Shown piece after piece: positions 10,901 through 18,651 of a stretch of DNA of 64,000 nucleotides (position 1 is its first letter; each line of letters starts with the position of its first letter). A program made the translations under genes and the position numbers. The stretch lies in the IMG/VR virus record IMGVR_UViG_3300025597_000012; one strand, written 5' to 3'. This DNA is from a virus. The notes under the pieces are model-generated. The model did not search any database and had not been told where the DNA came from. It saw only the letters and a list, made by a program, of their open reading frames with translations.

Positions 10901-13858
10901 CGTTCTTATTTGAACATAAGTAATATCTCCATCATCATTAGTAAATGTAAATTCTTCTACTTTAGACGCATCTTTATCTTTATATTCATTTAATTCTTCC
11001 TGTCTTCTTTTTTCTATATCAGCTTTCTTAGCTTCTATATCAGTAGCTTTATTTTTATTTTCAGCTCTTTGAGCTTGTGCTTTCTTAGTTACTTCTGCTT
11101 TTACTTTAGAAGAAACTTTACCTTTTACTTCTTTACCGTTTTTATCAACGGCTGTAACTTCCCCATTAGGTTTAACTATATAAGTCTTACCTTCATTTTT
11201 TACAAGTACGTCTTTAGTTTCTTTCTTAGTTTCAGCAGGTTTAGCCTCAGTAGCTTTAGTAGCTGCTGCAGCTTTAGGAGCTGGTTCATCTACAACGTCT
11301 TCTACATCAGCACCATTAACATCACCGGGTTTAACTTCAGTATCTAAGAAAGGTGATTTATCAAAGTTATCTTCAGCTCTTTGATATTCAGCCATTACAT
11401 CAGCAAAGAATTTATTATATCCGTTCTTATTTGTAAGTTGCTGATAATGATAAATAGCACCATCTGTAGCACTTATAAGTTTAAATCCATCTTGTGCTTT
11501 GTTTAAAATATCATAAGCATCAATAGGATTAATTATTTTTTCATTACTAAAAGTTTTGTTATTAGCATAATAATTTAATAACTCTGTAGCAGTTTTTGTA
11601 TAGTTTCCTTTATAATCATCAGCTAAAGCATCTTTAAGTTCTTCAACTTTTTTATTTAAAAAGTCTCTTTCTTTTGTTTGCTTTTTATATAAATCGGAAT
11701 CCTTATCTTCAACATCTTTTGTTAATTCATCAATCTCTTTAACTCTTTTTTCAAATCTATTTATAGTATCTTGTACACCTTTATCATTAGTTAAATTAAT
11801 TACTTCATCAACATTAGCACCAGTGGATTGAGCTATCTCTGTAGATATTTTAGAAAGTCTTCTTTTATTATCATTAATTTCTGATAAGTTAAGACCTAAC
11901 TGTGTTTTATATTCATCAAATACAAAATAATTATTAGTTCCTTTTTTATAAGGATTAGGGAAAACTTTTTCTACTTTATCAATATTATCTTTAATATCGT
12001 GAGCTTTTTTGATAATATTATCAACAAAAGCATCTGTAGTTTTTTTGTTTTCTTCTGAGAAATTTATACCAAACATATTTTGGAACTCTTCAGGCTTAAG
12101 TTCTTTAAGCATATTAAGTTGTTCCATTCTTAAATCAAAGCGATTAGCTCTGACTCCACTTTCAACAAAGTTAAATAATTGTTGAAATTTAAGATTTTTA
12201 TGTTCAAAAATATCACCTTTAGCTAAAGCTTCATCCATAGAAGACTTAATAGATTGAGCTACTACAGCTTCATCATAAGTATTTCTAAATAAACCAGAAA
12301 GTCTTTGACTATTAAGTAAAGAAACGGCAGAATTAATTATTTGATTTTTTCCACCATCAATACCTTTTCTACGCTCAAGAGCACCTCTACCAACATGAAT
12401 AACAGCACCGCTAAGAATACCTAAGAATACATTCTCAAGACCTTCTCTTGTAGTTAGTACTTCTTTTAATCCTGTTGCTAAAGATTGGGTAAAATTATCA
12501 ACAGTATCAATATCCTTATTAGAGAATTTACGCTTATAATAATCTTCGGCAGTTCTTTGAATTACAAATTGAGAACCTTCTTCAAATCCTTCAGTAAGAC
12601 TTGTAGTTATAGGTCTAGCTATTTTACCTGCTGATTTAAATAAATCAAATTTTGTACTATTCTTTAATGTATTTTCAAATACATCCATAGATGCTTTAGA
12701 TAATGCAATATCCGCATCACTCATTACTTCAGATTGTACTGCTTTTCTAGCTGCATTTGTAGGACTAAATAGTGAACCAAAAATTTGTGAATTTGTAAAA
12801 GTAAGAAGAGCTACGTTAGCAAGCATACCAGCATTACCACCACCTCTTGCATATTCCTTAATCTGTTCTAAATCATAACCAGATGGGTCACGATGATATG
12901 TATTTCTATAATCTTCTGTTAAATTTTTTTCAATATTACGATATGTTTGATTTGCCTCAAATGTACCTTCAGCAATAGCAGAAGTACCTATAGCCAGACC
13001 ATATCTGAATTTATCAACAATATTTTTTGTTTTATTAGCTGCATTTATAGTAGCAAGAAGTTCATCGGCCTTATCTAAAGATTCAATAACAGCAGTTGAA
13101 ACTCTTTTTTCAGCAGTAAAGTATTTTCCTATTTTACCAAAAGCACTCATTATTTGAGAGCTTACTAATGGAACATCACCAACACCTCCAGTTAAAACTC
13201 CAACTACAGCATCTTCAGCAATAGCACCACCAATAGCACCTGCAGTGAAGCCAAGGTTATTTAATAAAGTACTCCAGTTATTAGCAGAACCATTAGTAAA
13301 AGGAATCCAACTAGCAATAGGATGTAACTGATTAGCAGTAGATTGATATGTAGGATGACTTATTTCTAAATTTTCCATCATATCTGCAATAGAATTTGCT
13401 AATTTTCCATTATATGTTTTATCTATATCTCCTGATGATAAAGCATCTAAAGTTTGGGGAACAGCAACAATAGCTTGTGCAAAAGAACCTGTAGTATTAC
13501 CTAAAAATTTTAAAATATTATTTCCCCATGTAGTCCAAGCACTTTGTCTATCACCATATTGAGCTTCTTGATTTGTATTATATGGGTCAAATCCATAAAT
13601 AGGTGACTGATATCTTAGAGTTTGTTCAAGAGGTGTTCTAACAGGCTGATTTATTTCTAAAGAAGATGACCAAGGTGCAGATTCAGTTCTTACTTTATCA
13701 AAGATACTTGATAAGATTTCTTTAGGAGAAGGAGTAACCTGAGCACCCGGAACATTAGGCATAGGCTGAGTATGTAACTCAGGACTAACTAAGTTATTCA
13801 TTCCTGTATTCAGGAAATCCAAGTTTCTGTTATATGTACCATTTGGAACGTCAGGCAT
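1979..13858 (-). CDS. Giant 3959-aa virion-associated polyvalent protein (two zincin HExxH motifs plus an ART-like domain)
   Basis: Single uninterrupted ORF. HELAH lies at nt 6629-6643 and HEYLH at nt 5429-5443. An ART-like segment at nt ~8040-8480 reads GEPMVMFHGT...LFLSPEYDFSEDYA...LAVYEADQVK. The N-terminus is Gly/Ala-rich and hydrophobic, and there is a hydrophobic segment near the C-terminus. K/E/Q/P low-complexity linkers are present. The gene sits in the tail/virion module. Confidence 0.6.
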   Translation of the reverse strand: MPDVPNGTYNRNLDFLNTGMNNLVSPELHTQPMPNVPGAQVTPSPKEILSSIFDKVRTESAPWSSSLEINQPVRTPLEQTLRYQSPIYGFDPYNTNQEAQYGDRQSAWTTWGNNILKFLGNTTGSFAQAIVAVPQTLDALSSGDIDKTYNGKLANSIADMMENLEISHPTYQSTANQLHPIASWIPFTNGSANNWSTLLNNLGFTAGAIGGAIAEDAVVGVLTGGVGDVPLVSSQIMSAFGKIGKYFTAEKRVSTAVIESLDKADELLATINAANKTKNIVDKFRYGLAIGTSAIAEGTFEANQTYRNIEKNLTEDYRNTYHRDPSGYDLEQIKEYARGGGNAGMLANVALLTFTNSQIFGSLFSPTNAARKAVQSEVMSDADIALSKASMDVFENTLKNSTKFDLFKSAGKIARPITTSLTEGFEEGSQFVIQRTAEDYYKRKFSNKDIDTVDNFTQSLATGLKEVLTTREGLENVFLGILSGAVIHVGRGALERRKGIDGGKNQIINSAVSLLNSQRLSGLFRNTYDEAVVAQSIKSSMDEALAKGDIFEHKNLKFQQLFNFVESGVRANRFDLRMEQLNMLKELKPEEFQNMFGINFSEENKKTTDAFVDNIIKKAHDIKDNIDKVEKVFPNPYKKGTNNYFVFDEYKTQLGLNLSEINDNKRRLSKISTEIAQSTGANVDEVINLTNDKGVQDTINRFEKRVKEIDELTKDVEDKDSDLYKKQTKERDFLNKKVEELKDALADDYKGNYTKTATELLNYYANNKTFSNEKIINPIDAYDILNKAQDGFKLISATDGAIYHYQQLTNKNGYNKFFADVMAEYQRAEDNFDKSPFLDTEVKPGDVNGADVEDVVDEPAPKAAAATKATEAKPAETKKETKDVLVKNEGKTYIVKPNGEVTAVDKNGKEVKGKVSSKVKAEVTKKAQAQRAENKNKATDIEAKKADIEKRRQEELNEYKDKDASKVEEFTFTNDDGDITYVQIRTYPDGKRMAYQGIEKNKYGNVNDNSPFEISKEQTTEDYLKVAYSQTSFGKYSKTGERTGEESSLNAYSKKINAKYDAELATLEENTSKEVQTSAGPVTFIDNTPTHETFDSEDVAEIQEGVKEADKKRKGVKTNSIQMVANPSVLFNKINSVNYQDGQKNNDNLRKVLFSKTPQQIYDGLTATVAESTKGLPHGAYQGFKNIPGVYYTGSHTQIELKFEGETIGFLSDADRLYFKRGEKYTPLIEIAPEEYERITGNEPSTYSDFIQQMTDYKALSEHFYSQFKSGKTEFTNQELKALFDIVTSYGGINYSKSESSSTLLKNLTYKGQKGSAILSFPVVYNKENKQYERSTKPTILNKAELSQDEITDIVTYVANNLKNIQSFDRRYLYVMKMPDSTFRHLVARPSAADEKILNEVYNELKNLPNTLTKAQVDKINSELTEKLYIADSRNRDERRTDLKLTVDTQGNIYLNVFNKTVDPENPIHKRVKVNEIKQAKDFDGMVRAIDEKIRKVSYETKSIDKLNLSLAKQDFKSGILNDAEVTQDQLNNSLSIAAQPDVFKQFSLRVFPLQKGQKAAVKPSAPTEAKQEVKPQPKQEPAAAKAVKQARIEEKKIQTPKEEFISIVRENLTDIKEPYKSGIAGSNDEDVFNAVVSQYIDNPEAGKNIFGKKVSDALVRLIPEAAEAEKRAFETVQVAADKKSMAKVMETLFSLKSTQAKAVSEIYDRVATTWALRNGKTKEDFYKSITFRKTTPESLQGSEDTIWQNPSIEQEKAQIKEAAKKNGTFRKAPNGRPSLLDEDTWLLTKTKAFKNWFGNSKVLDVNGEPMVMFHGTPENWSIFDKTQGRGMGLFLSPEYDFSEDYAMVTRGNNVLSLFVKANKPFDYENKQDLAFLKEHNKTIYSRLTGGEDENGNFYLSEEHNWQVLEDKAFQKLIKDNGYDGYYVKEQGIKNLAVYEADQVKDASGRNATFSTENPDIYYQYSNSAMIANVVKGFELQKAKSFGNLAFQTKNGKATPELAKKINKWLADNGYGNTLKFVYEATHGTVNPFINEGNLLFQNQSVESKLRIPVANILENISKIKNPTNFITDISKGLKVFRDGTEFVTEEEYKNQLISNFGRIVDYIDKETLSQFKQIFNLTDAEIEALNGITQQYDSIKVGLSGLWNRFNNGHGGLDKEATLTNIKIGSFVTRLRSILREFNVTDKDIENNSYEDKIINSPFVRDDNVHYILAEASLYKKLLKVDQTETFRKVQDISKLISNITSDEQKVIEDRLSNSIYNQLKNHLNIEGGTNTRTREDKYKGAIQLYNLVKNNLDSVTEDDFDSITEYLEFKNNIEAKLSEIKEQIKKLKNSEHRFTRLLKPTYSGRPEFSDNDLKRNDTSKIANWTNVQFNQGPKGAIRLLGDSQAIIYSLTNPDVSTPLHELAHYWEGQLTDTERADVLEWAGTEDWSRETSEKFARGFEKYLADGEAPTSTLQKLFDNFKKWLTDIYKGIVGSDIDVTLNDSMKKIYAAMLGEKYETVIKEEVKTEQEEEKKVEEAQAEEPAPVPTKAITRKELSIRTTGDGLVEIKHNGTLINTIDEFDGAWYDEAGDAIGLNKDEAIQSIIDKLNAGNTQEKEITPAQETETQQTEPVEQQTEEQPQPEEERIPEVFTKEDVGSKVMYNGKELTVTEVNEGLDKETPFGTVKGTTFVTITDGTKYGEQIVASDKLTKVAPEIQEETEEPFDEGVLKEIVIPKSYDTDYSENHKTEYGKQNEPFTVSTEDEDNLTVDYVGLKVILEHLKQKYNIPYQVVDVDEDWKGKFENSVAVINLSRVSRDTPFHEYLHPFMAVLKVDNHALYTSLMEEYKALVLENDDIAGEAMSETLKSPLYKGKNKEEIQDEALVNYLGKLGARNFDRTGRFLYDKYHKSGASLARKFFDWFVSVLSGFYGALKANVKGAKAGEQGVAKIKYLPAMNLAEFADLTSSNGMPFDFTERKDLITAVKAFQADATEKTDDQKLIERIKRRLAVLDDTARRRTPSPELLSELIAVRSLLKNYDEFESINQYIYQGIDGLRYASDEFKRISGKLSDKENKLTQKDVKQLHRDLDLVRNLLAMYEDVHGLFGRVAQDLAPEAYKAMQITLAEARNIADYKIKARSIDLTAEWLFPYIEEVNERIKDKYPSYVLTKEQFKNKLYNADEDLSFLQFHLGSVGSNNDPVSAITRTALFDVMEDNHLYEAKLGEEIKIDYAKFLKAKGLANETKSTVEYYKKNFLRKATILQKTEEKDDEGKFKWAYTQKWALHQPYFYDLYTKDKAAFLETLGEMPDAPSENSTAAERALYQNYVDKIFAWEEQNGSLSKPADKYKNAEFDRLYNKDEFFTKMYDTYKEGNDKYGEEERLQFGIVPQVFDKPSQIQDVKTAEGAGNKAKVVGNKVLNFFLPKAEESTTAQNDINLDGSMYKRIKTPYVQSIDDSNVSLVLPETIFKFAGAANLVEMMREVEPNVRTLRMVLEGNAQFKMEARKIIPVTSDRKTIFDRFLKLPSKKTTAERLNKQLLSWLDDVVYGQEELQDTARIFGRAVDLNKLGGNFAFLTALNNMAFNVTAGIGNVSIGNIMTLGESLGAKYYTPADWRKAQGQYFSNFNEFMKDAFNLKKSKITQLGIKYDAIQGEFRDKYGKKFVGNATQRYANADTIFIINHAAEHQIQLVGMLSLMNATKVKTTSGETISLFDAHKINEKGFLRLRDDIIWTAEDERLFTQRLHGVNKILNGNYSKFDKVQLQRTFYGKLMLIYRKFMYNAFRSRYGRQRFDYEIGDEMEGYYRKFFSKVASDIKEMKFNAAANFFNRKGWSADEKYAYNKTMFELSLLVGMGILTIALANASGDDKDKSWLQNTLTLQMLRLRKDIGMYSIFGATDIMQVLQNPSAVILTATRYTDFFTQLVTNPTEVYKRKTGAFDKGDSILKAKLFKAIPIVRQAVNMMQPEEQLQYYRLLNKY

Positions 13859-16488
13859 TATTTATAATTTCTTAATTCTTCTATAAATTGTTCGTGTGTA
13901 AGTCCTTGTTGCGATGCAAGTTTAACTACTTGTTTTGCTTTATTATAAGCATCAGAAGGACTTAAACCATTGGTTGCTGGTATTGTAATTCTATCTACTC
14001 TATTTGTTTTATTACCATTTTCATCTAAATAATAAACTACAGCTTGTGCATAAGAGTTATTATCATTTAAATCTGATGAATTTCTATCTACTATATTTAC
14101 AAAGATAGACATATCTTTATTTCCATAAATAGGTAAATCAGAACTTCTACCGTTTATTTTTACACTATAGTTAAGTGAGTTTTCATAAGGGTCTCTTACA
14201 ATTCCCATTTTAGCAGCTTGACTATCACTAATAAAAGTTTTATATTTAGTTTTTACTGTTTTATCACCATTACCTACTTCAATATCAGATATAACAAAGT
14301 AACGTCCAGTACCATCAGATGCTTTTCCTATCATTGTAGGAGTAATCTTTTTTTCTACTGTTAAATCACTATTGCTAAGTTTAGGAGAATCTCTATAAGG
14401 TTCTGATTTTCCATTTATTAATTCTGTACTTATTAAATTAGATAATTGTCCATCACTAACAAAAGGGTCTTTATTTGAAATAGTTCTTAAACCATAAACA
14501 TCTCTTGTTTTTGTAGTTTTAAGACCTTCATTAATATTTTGTATGACTGTAGTTAAATAATCTCCAAATTCAGAATTTGCATAACCGGGAGTTACAAAAC
14601 CAAGAGCAGCAAGTCCATTTTGAATTATTGAAGCTGCTTCATTTGTGCTTTTTGAACTAAGTTCTGGATGTTTATTAATAAACTCAGTTATTTTTTCTCT
14701 AGCTGCTTCTGGAATGTTAAAATCATCATAAACTTTATTACGAACAGCTTCTACTTTTTTATTGTTAGCTTTGATAACTTCATTGTTCATTAATATCTTC
14801 TCAACATCAGCATCAAAACCATCTATTAAATCGGGAGTTACTGAACCTTTTCCTAAAGCTAAAGCTTCATAGTTCTTATATTGATTAGCAATAAATTGTA
14901 ATTGAGAACTATTTAAATTTGCTAAATGACCATATTGCTGAACTACAGCGTCATGTTTATAAACAGGTTTTCCATCAGGGCCTGTTGTCGTTTCAAACAT
15001 AGCTAAGTCATCTGCTTGTAATCCGGGTTGACCATTAAAATCTTCTATAAACTTCTGATTCTTAAGAAGTCTGGCTGTTCCTTTACCTATAGTTGTTACT
15101 TCTGTAACACCAACTTCAGGGTGTTCACCAACTAGCTTGTTTATAATAGATGCGGATATTTGGTCATTTTCTAGCTTTAATGCTGTATTTTCATCTGTAA
15201 TTTTAGCTAATGTTGGAATAGATGCTTCTTCTGTATTAGGGTCATCTGTTACTAAGTGGTTATCTCCTGTTGGTAAATCAAGTAATTCAATTTCTCCTGT
15301 TATAGGATTAACATGTCTATACTTACCTGCAGCAGCTAACTTAACTTGAAGCTCTCCCTCTTTAATATCAAGCTCTCTATTTTTTAATTCTACTGTTTTA
15401 GCAAAATGTCTATCAGCTTGTTCCATCTTATCAGTGAACATCTTAGCTTGGTCAAATTGTATAGTTCTGTCTGTTCTATTAACTGAGAATCTATTACCTA
15501 ATCCTCTAAAATAATCATCTGCATATAGATTGTAATAGACTTCATCAGGGTTAGATTGAAGTGCTTTACCAAAATTCTGTGAGAATTGTGACTTAGCCGA
15601 GGCAATAGAAGATACTACTTTAGCTTGTTCATCTGCTAATTTATTGTAATTTTTTCTAGCTTGGGGGTCATTAACTGCTTGAGCAGCAAGGTCTTCGTAT
15701 TCTCTTTGAAGTCTTACAGCATCATCAACTTTAGTTTGATATTGTGCTTCTCCTTTTTGCATAAGAGCCTTAGGGTCAGCTCCTCTGTATAAAAACCAAG
15801 CATCTCTTTTCATTTGTTCTCTTTCCTGAGGAAGCATATTATCAGCAGCAATAGCCATTATTCTGTCTGGACTAATTCTTTCACCTGTTTCCTTAGTTAT
15901 GTAATATCCATTTTGCATGATATTAGTAGTAAGGTCAGATTTAATTTTATCAAATAACTTATAGTGAGCATCACGATAAGCTACATAAGGAGTAGCCTCA
16001 GATGGGCCATTATAACTACTTCCAATAGTTTTATCATTCATGTAAGCATTAACACTTTGCATGTCATATGCTTCATTTACTTGGCTATAAAGTTTTGAAA
16101 GTTTAGGGTCTGTTTTAAATTTTTCATAAGAACTCATTAAATTTCTAACTTTCTTTGTTGAAGCAAGTGCAGAAAGAACTTTATTATCAGAATAAATATC
16201 AGAACCTAAACCTTCTACTTGTGCTGTTACACTTTGGTCAGATAAGTCAATTCCACCATATGTATTTAAAGAACTAACAAGATTATTAATCTTACCGTTA
16301 AGATAGTCTCTATCTTCTGTCTTTAATACATCTAAGCTACCAAGTTGGTCTATATCAGATTGTATCTTTTGGCCTGCCTTATCAAACTGTTCTTGCTTGA
16401 TACTCAACACTTTAGAGAAAAGGTTGAGGTCAAGTGGTAGCTCGTAAGGGCTAGACTTAAAAGGTGTACTTAAATAACTTATCGCCAT
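13858..16488 (-). CDS. 876-aa virion structural protein (function unassigned)
   Basis: Long ORF. Its stop overlaps the giant gene's start. A promoter-like site lies upstream. No diagnostic motif recognised. Confidence 0.5.
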   Translation of the reverse strand: MAISYLSTPFKSSPYELPLDLNLFSKVLSIKQEQFDKAGQKIQSDIDQLGSLDVLKTEDRDYLNGKINNLVSSLNTYGGIDLSDQSVTAQVEGLGSDIYSDNKVLSALASTKKVRNLMSSYEKFKTDPKLSKLYSQVNEAYDMQSVNAYMNDKTIGSSYNGPSEATPYVAYRDAHYKLFDKIKSDLTTNIMQNGYYITKETGERISPDRIMAIAADNMLPQEREQMKRDAWFLYRGADPKALMQKGEAQYQTKVDDAVRLQREYEDLAAQAVNDPQARKNYNKLADEQAKVVSSIASAKSQFSQNFGKALQSNPDEVYYNLYADDYFRGLGNRFSVNRTDRTIQFDQAKMFTDKMEQADRHFAKTVELKNRELDIKEGELQVKLAAAGKYRHVNPITGEIELLDLPTGDNHLVTDDPNTEEASIPTLAKITDENTALKLENDQISASIINKLVGEHPEVGVTEVTTIGKGTARLLKNQKFIEDFNGQPGLQADDLAMFETTTGPDGKPVYKHDAVVQQYGHLANLNSSQLQFIANQYKNYEALALGKGSVTPDLIDGFDADVEKILMNNEVIKANNKKVEAVRNKVYDDFNIPEAAREKITEFINKHPELSSKSTNEAASIIQNGLAALGFVTPGYANSEFGDYLTTVIQNINEGLKTTKTRDVYGLRTISNKDPFVSDGQLSNLISTELINGKSEPYRDSPKLSNSDLTVEKKITPTMIGKASDGTGRYFVISDIEVGNGDKTVKTKYKTFISDSQAAKMGIVRDPYENSLNYSVKINGRSSDLPIYGNKDMSIFVNIVDRNSSDLNDNNSYAQAVVYYLDENGNKTNRVDRITIPATNGLSPSDAYNKAKQVVKLASQQGLTHEQFIEELRNYK

Positions 16489-16505
16489 ATCAAATGTAAG
16501 TTAAG

Positions 16506-16537
16506 CAAAGGTAGTGATTTTCATTGATTTAATGAAA
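16506..16537 (-). promoter_or_regulatory. Bacteroidota-type promoter (weak -33 TTTC) before the 876-aa and giant genes
   Basis: Minus strand reads TTTC-N20-TACCTTTG. Confidence 0.35.
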
Positions 16538-16563
16538 TCTCTAATGGATTGCTGTTAAAATTA

Positions 16564-18651
16564 TTATTTTTTAGGTTTAGCAGAAGCAGCAGCCGTAGGT
16601 ATTCCAAGTGGTCTTCTGAAAATATACTGTCTTCCGTTGAATTGTCCTTGTTGATTAAAGTTCGGGAATAGCTGCATAAGAAGATTTCCTTCTCTATTAA
16701 GTTTTGCATTTTGTGCAAGACGTTGATAAAGCTCATCCCAAGATGTTCTCTTTTGCTTGCTTTGTGCTTCTAAGCTACCAAGTTGCTTACGTTCAAACAA
16801 TTCTCTTGCTTGTTGGTCAGCTTGAGATTGTTGTCCTCTTGCTGTAGCATTATACATTGTTTCTTTATTCTTAATATCTTTATTTACATTCTCATCATTA
16901 CCAAGTATTTGATTATCAAGGGAATACTTGCTTGTAAAGATATTGGCTAGATTAGCATATCCTTGCCCGTTTGCAGGTAAAAGCTTTAATGCAGCATTAA
17001 AAGCAGCCTGACCTGATTGTAACGCAGGTGTAGGATTTTGTCTATTTAATCTTATTTGCGGAACCTCAATAGGATTATACTTTACAGGTATTCTTTGTGA
17101 AGCATCTAATAATCCTTGAAGCGGGCCAGCTACATCATACCAATTAAGAGGTTGATTAAATCTACTATCAGAACTACCATCACCATTTGCAGTATTAGCC
17201 GCAGTTGGTGTACCTTGACCTAAAGAACCACTAGCACCATCAGGATTTCCTGAAGTATTAGCAGCAGATACCCCATTTTCATTTCCTGTAGGTAATGTAG
17301 GAATTGGTGAATCTGGCATATACCAGTTATAATTTGGATTATTATCCGGTGTTAATTGAGGGCCAACACCAAGTCCATTACCCTGATTACCATGAGAGTA
17401 AACAGTAACATTACCTAATGTTTTTGACTTTGCTAAATTTCCAGTAGGTTCATCTGAACCAGCAGGAATATGATACCATTTACCATTAATATATTGCCAG
17501 TCATTAGGATTAAAATTAGGGTTTCTTCTATTAGGTCTCCAGTTATGACCTACACCAACTTGTGCTTTTGATACTTTATATTTACCACCGCATTTAGCTT
17601 TAGGTTGCTCTATACCAGCCATTTGTTTTATAAACTCTTGATGGTCAAATAGTTTATCAAAAAGTTCACCTTCTGTTGGTACAGTTTGGAGATGTTGTAA
17701 ATTCATATCCATTGAATTTTGTGCAAACTTATTGTTAGGAGTTTGTGTAAGTGATTTTACATTACTCTTTAACTTAGCTTGTAATTTATTTATATGTTTA
17801 TTATTTTTTTCAAGAGCTAATTCTAGAGCTTTTGAGTGTGAAACTTCTTTACCCGGATTATGACCAGTAAGAAGTTCTGCCATCATAGGACTAAGTTTAA
17901 GATGTTGAGAATCAGTATCTTTTCTCATAGTGCTTGTATTTTCAAGTACTCTTGATACATCTTGTAAAAGCTCTCCTCCTTGTTCATGTGTATTACCATT
18001 GTCTGAAACCTTCTTTATTTGCCCTGTAGCTTCCTGAAATACTTCACCCTTCTCTGCCTCTACATTAGGATTATCATCCTTAGAAACGCCTTTAACGGCC
18101 TCTAGACCATACTCAGCTTTCTTTGGCATTTTAGAATCAATCATTTTTCTTGCAGCTTCTGGACTTTTACCTCTTGCAACAAGTCTAAGAAAGGCAGCCT
18201 GTCTTGATGTAATTTTATGACCATATACAGTTCCTTGATTAAGTAAAGCGGATGCCTCACCTTTATCTAAAGCTCCACCGTTTTTAGCATACATAGGTAA
18301 ATCACCAATACCATCTTCTTGTCCACTTTCATAACTAGGTGATTGTAAAGCTTTTAGGTATTGTTCTTGCTCTTGTTTTCTATTTTTAATTTCTTGTATA
18401 TCATTTGCTGTCTTAGTTATAATTCTAGCAGCAGGATTGATTATATTAAACGGATTATTATTTCCAATATTTCCTATACCATTAGCAAGAGAAATAATGT
18501 CATCAATACCGCCACTGCCAGCAAGACTTAAACTATTCAAATCATAACGCCCTGTATTACGTACATCTATTCTTTTATCGGAAATAGAAGGAATAGGTAT
18601 ATCTTTATATAAACCAACTTGAGCTTTTTTTACTGTATATTTTTTAGCCAT
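16564..18651 (-). CDS. 695-aa virion protein, Gly/Asn/Gln-rich (function unassigned)
   Basis: Long ORF, start/stop coupled with its neighbour. Repeated K-A-Q-V-G motifs are shared with the next gene. Confidence 0.45.
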   Translation of the reverse strand: MAKKYTVKKAQVGLYKDIPIPSISDKRIDVRNTGRYDLNSLSLAGSGGIDDIISLANGIGNIGNNNPFNIINPAARIITKTANDIQEIKNRKQEQEQYLKALQSPSYESGQEDGIGDLPMYAKNGGALDKGEASALLNQGTVYGHKITSRQAAFLRLVARGKSPEAARKMIDSKMPKKAEYGLEAVKGVSKDDNPNVEAEKGEVFQEATGQIKKVSDNGNTHEQGGELLQDVSRVLENTSTMRKDTDSQHLKLSPMMAELLTGHNPGKEVSHSKALELALEKNNKHINKLQAKLKSNVKSLTQTPNNKFAQNSMDMNLQHLQTVPTEGELFDKLFDHQEFIKQMAGIEQPKAKCGGKYKVSKAQVGVGHNWRPNRRNPNFNPNDWQYINGKWYHIPAGSDEPTGNLAKSKTLGNVTVYSHGNQGNGLGVGPQLTPDNNPNYNWYMPDSPIPTLPTGNENGVSAANTSGNPDGASGSLGQGTPTAANTANGDGSSDSRFNQPLNWYDVAGPLQGLLDASQRIPVKYNPIEVPQIRLNRQNPTPALQSGQAAFNAALKLLPANGQGYANLANIFTSKYSLDNQILGNDENVNKDIKNKETMYNATARGQQSQADQQARELFERKQLGSLEAQSKQKRTSWDELYQRLAQNAKLNREGNLLMQLFPNFNQQGQFNGRQYIFRRPLGIPTAAASAKPKK

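Noticed and set aside
10900-10960. N-D-D-G-D in the giant protein (FTNDDGDITY) as a possible RNA-polymerase metal-binding motif, as in virion RNAPs of N4- or crAss-like phages
   Set aside because: It is a single short match without the surrounding double-psi beta-barrel or T7-like motifs. The protein has zincin and ART-like features instead. The coordinates are approximate.
5798-11347. Many 60-95 aa plus-strand ORFs inside the giant gene (for example 5798..6082, 7778..8053, 11069..11347), and similar ones inside other long minus-strand genes
   Set aside because: They are low-complexity F/I/L/S-rich translations, typical of the antisense strand of AT-rich coding sequence. All are fully nested in long, well-supported minus-strand ORFs.
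16521-16736. 71-aa minus-strand ORF overlapping the 3' end of the 695-aa gene
   Set aside because: It is an alternative frame of a longer ORF and extends into the promoter/hairpin region. It has no independent support.
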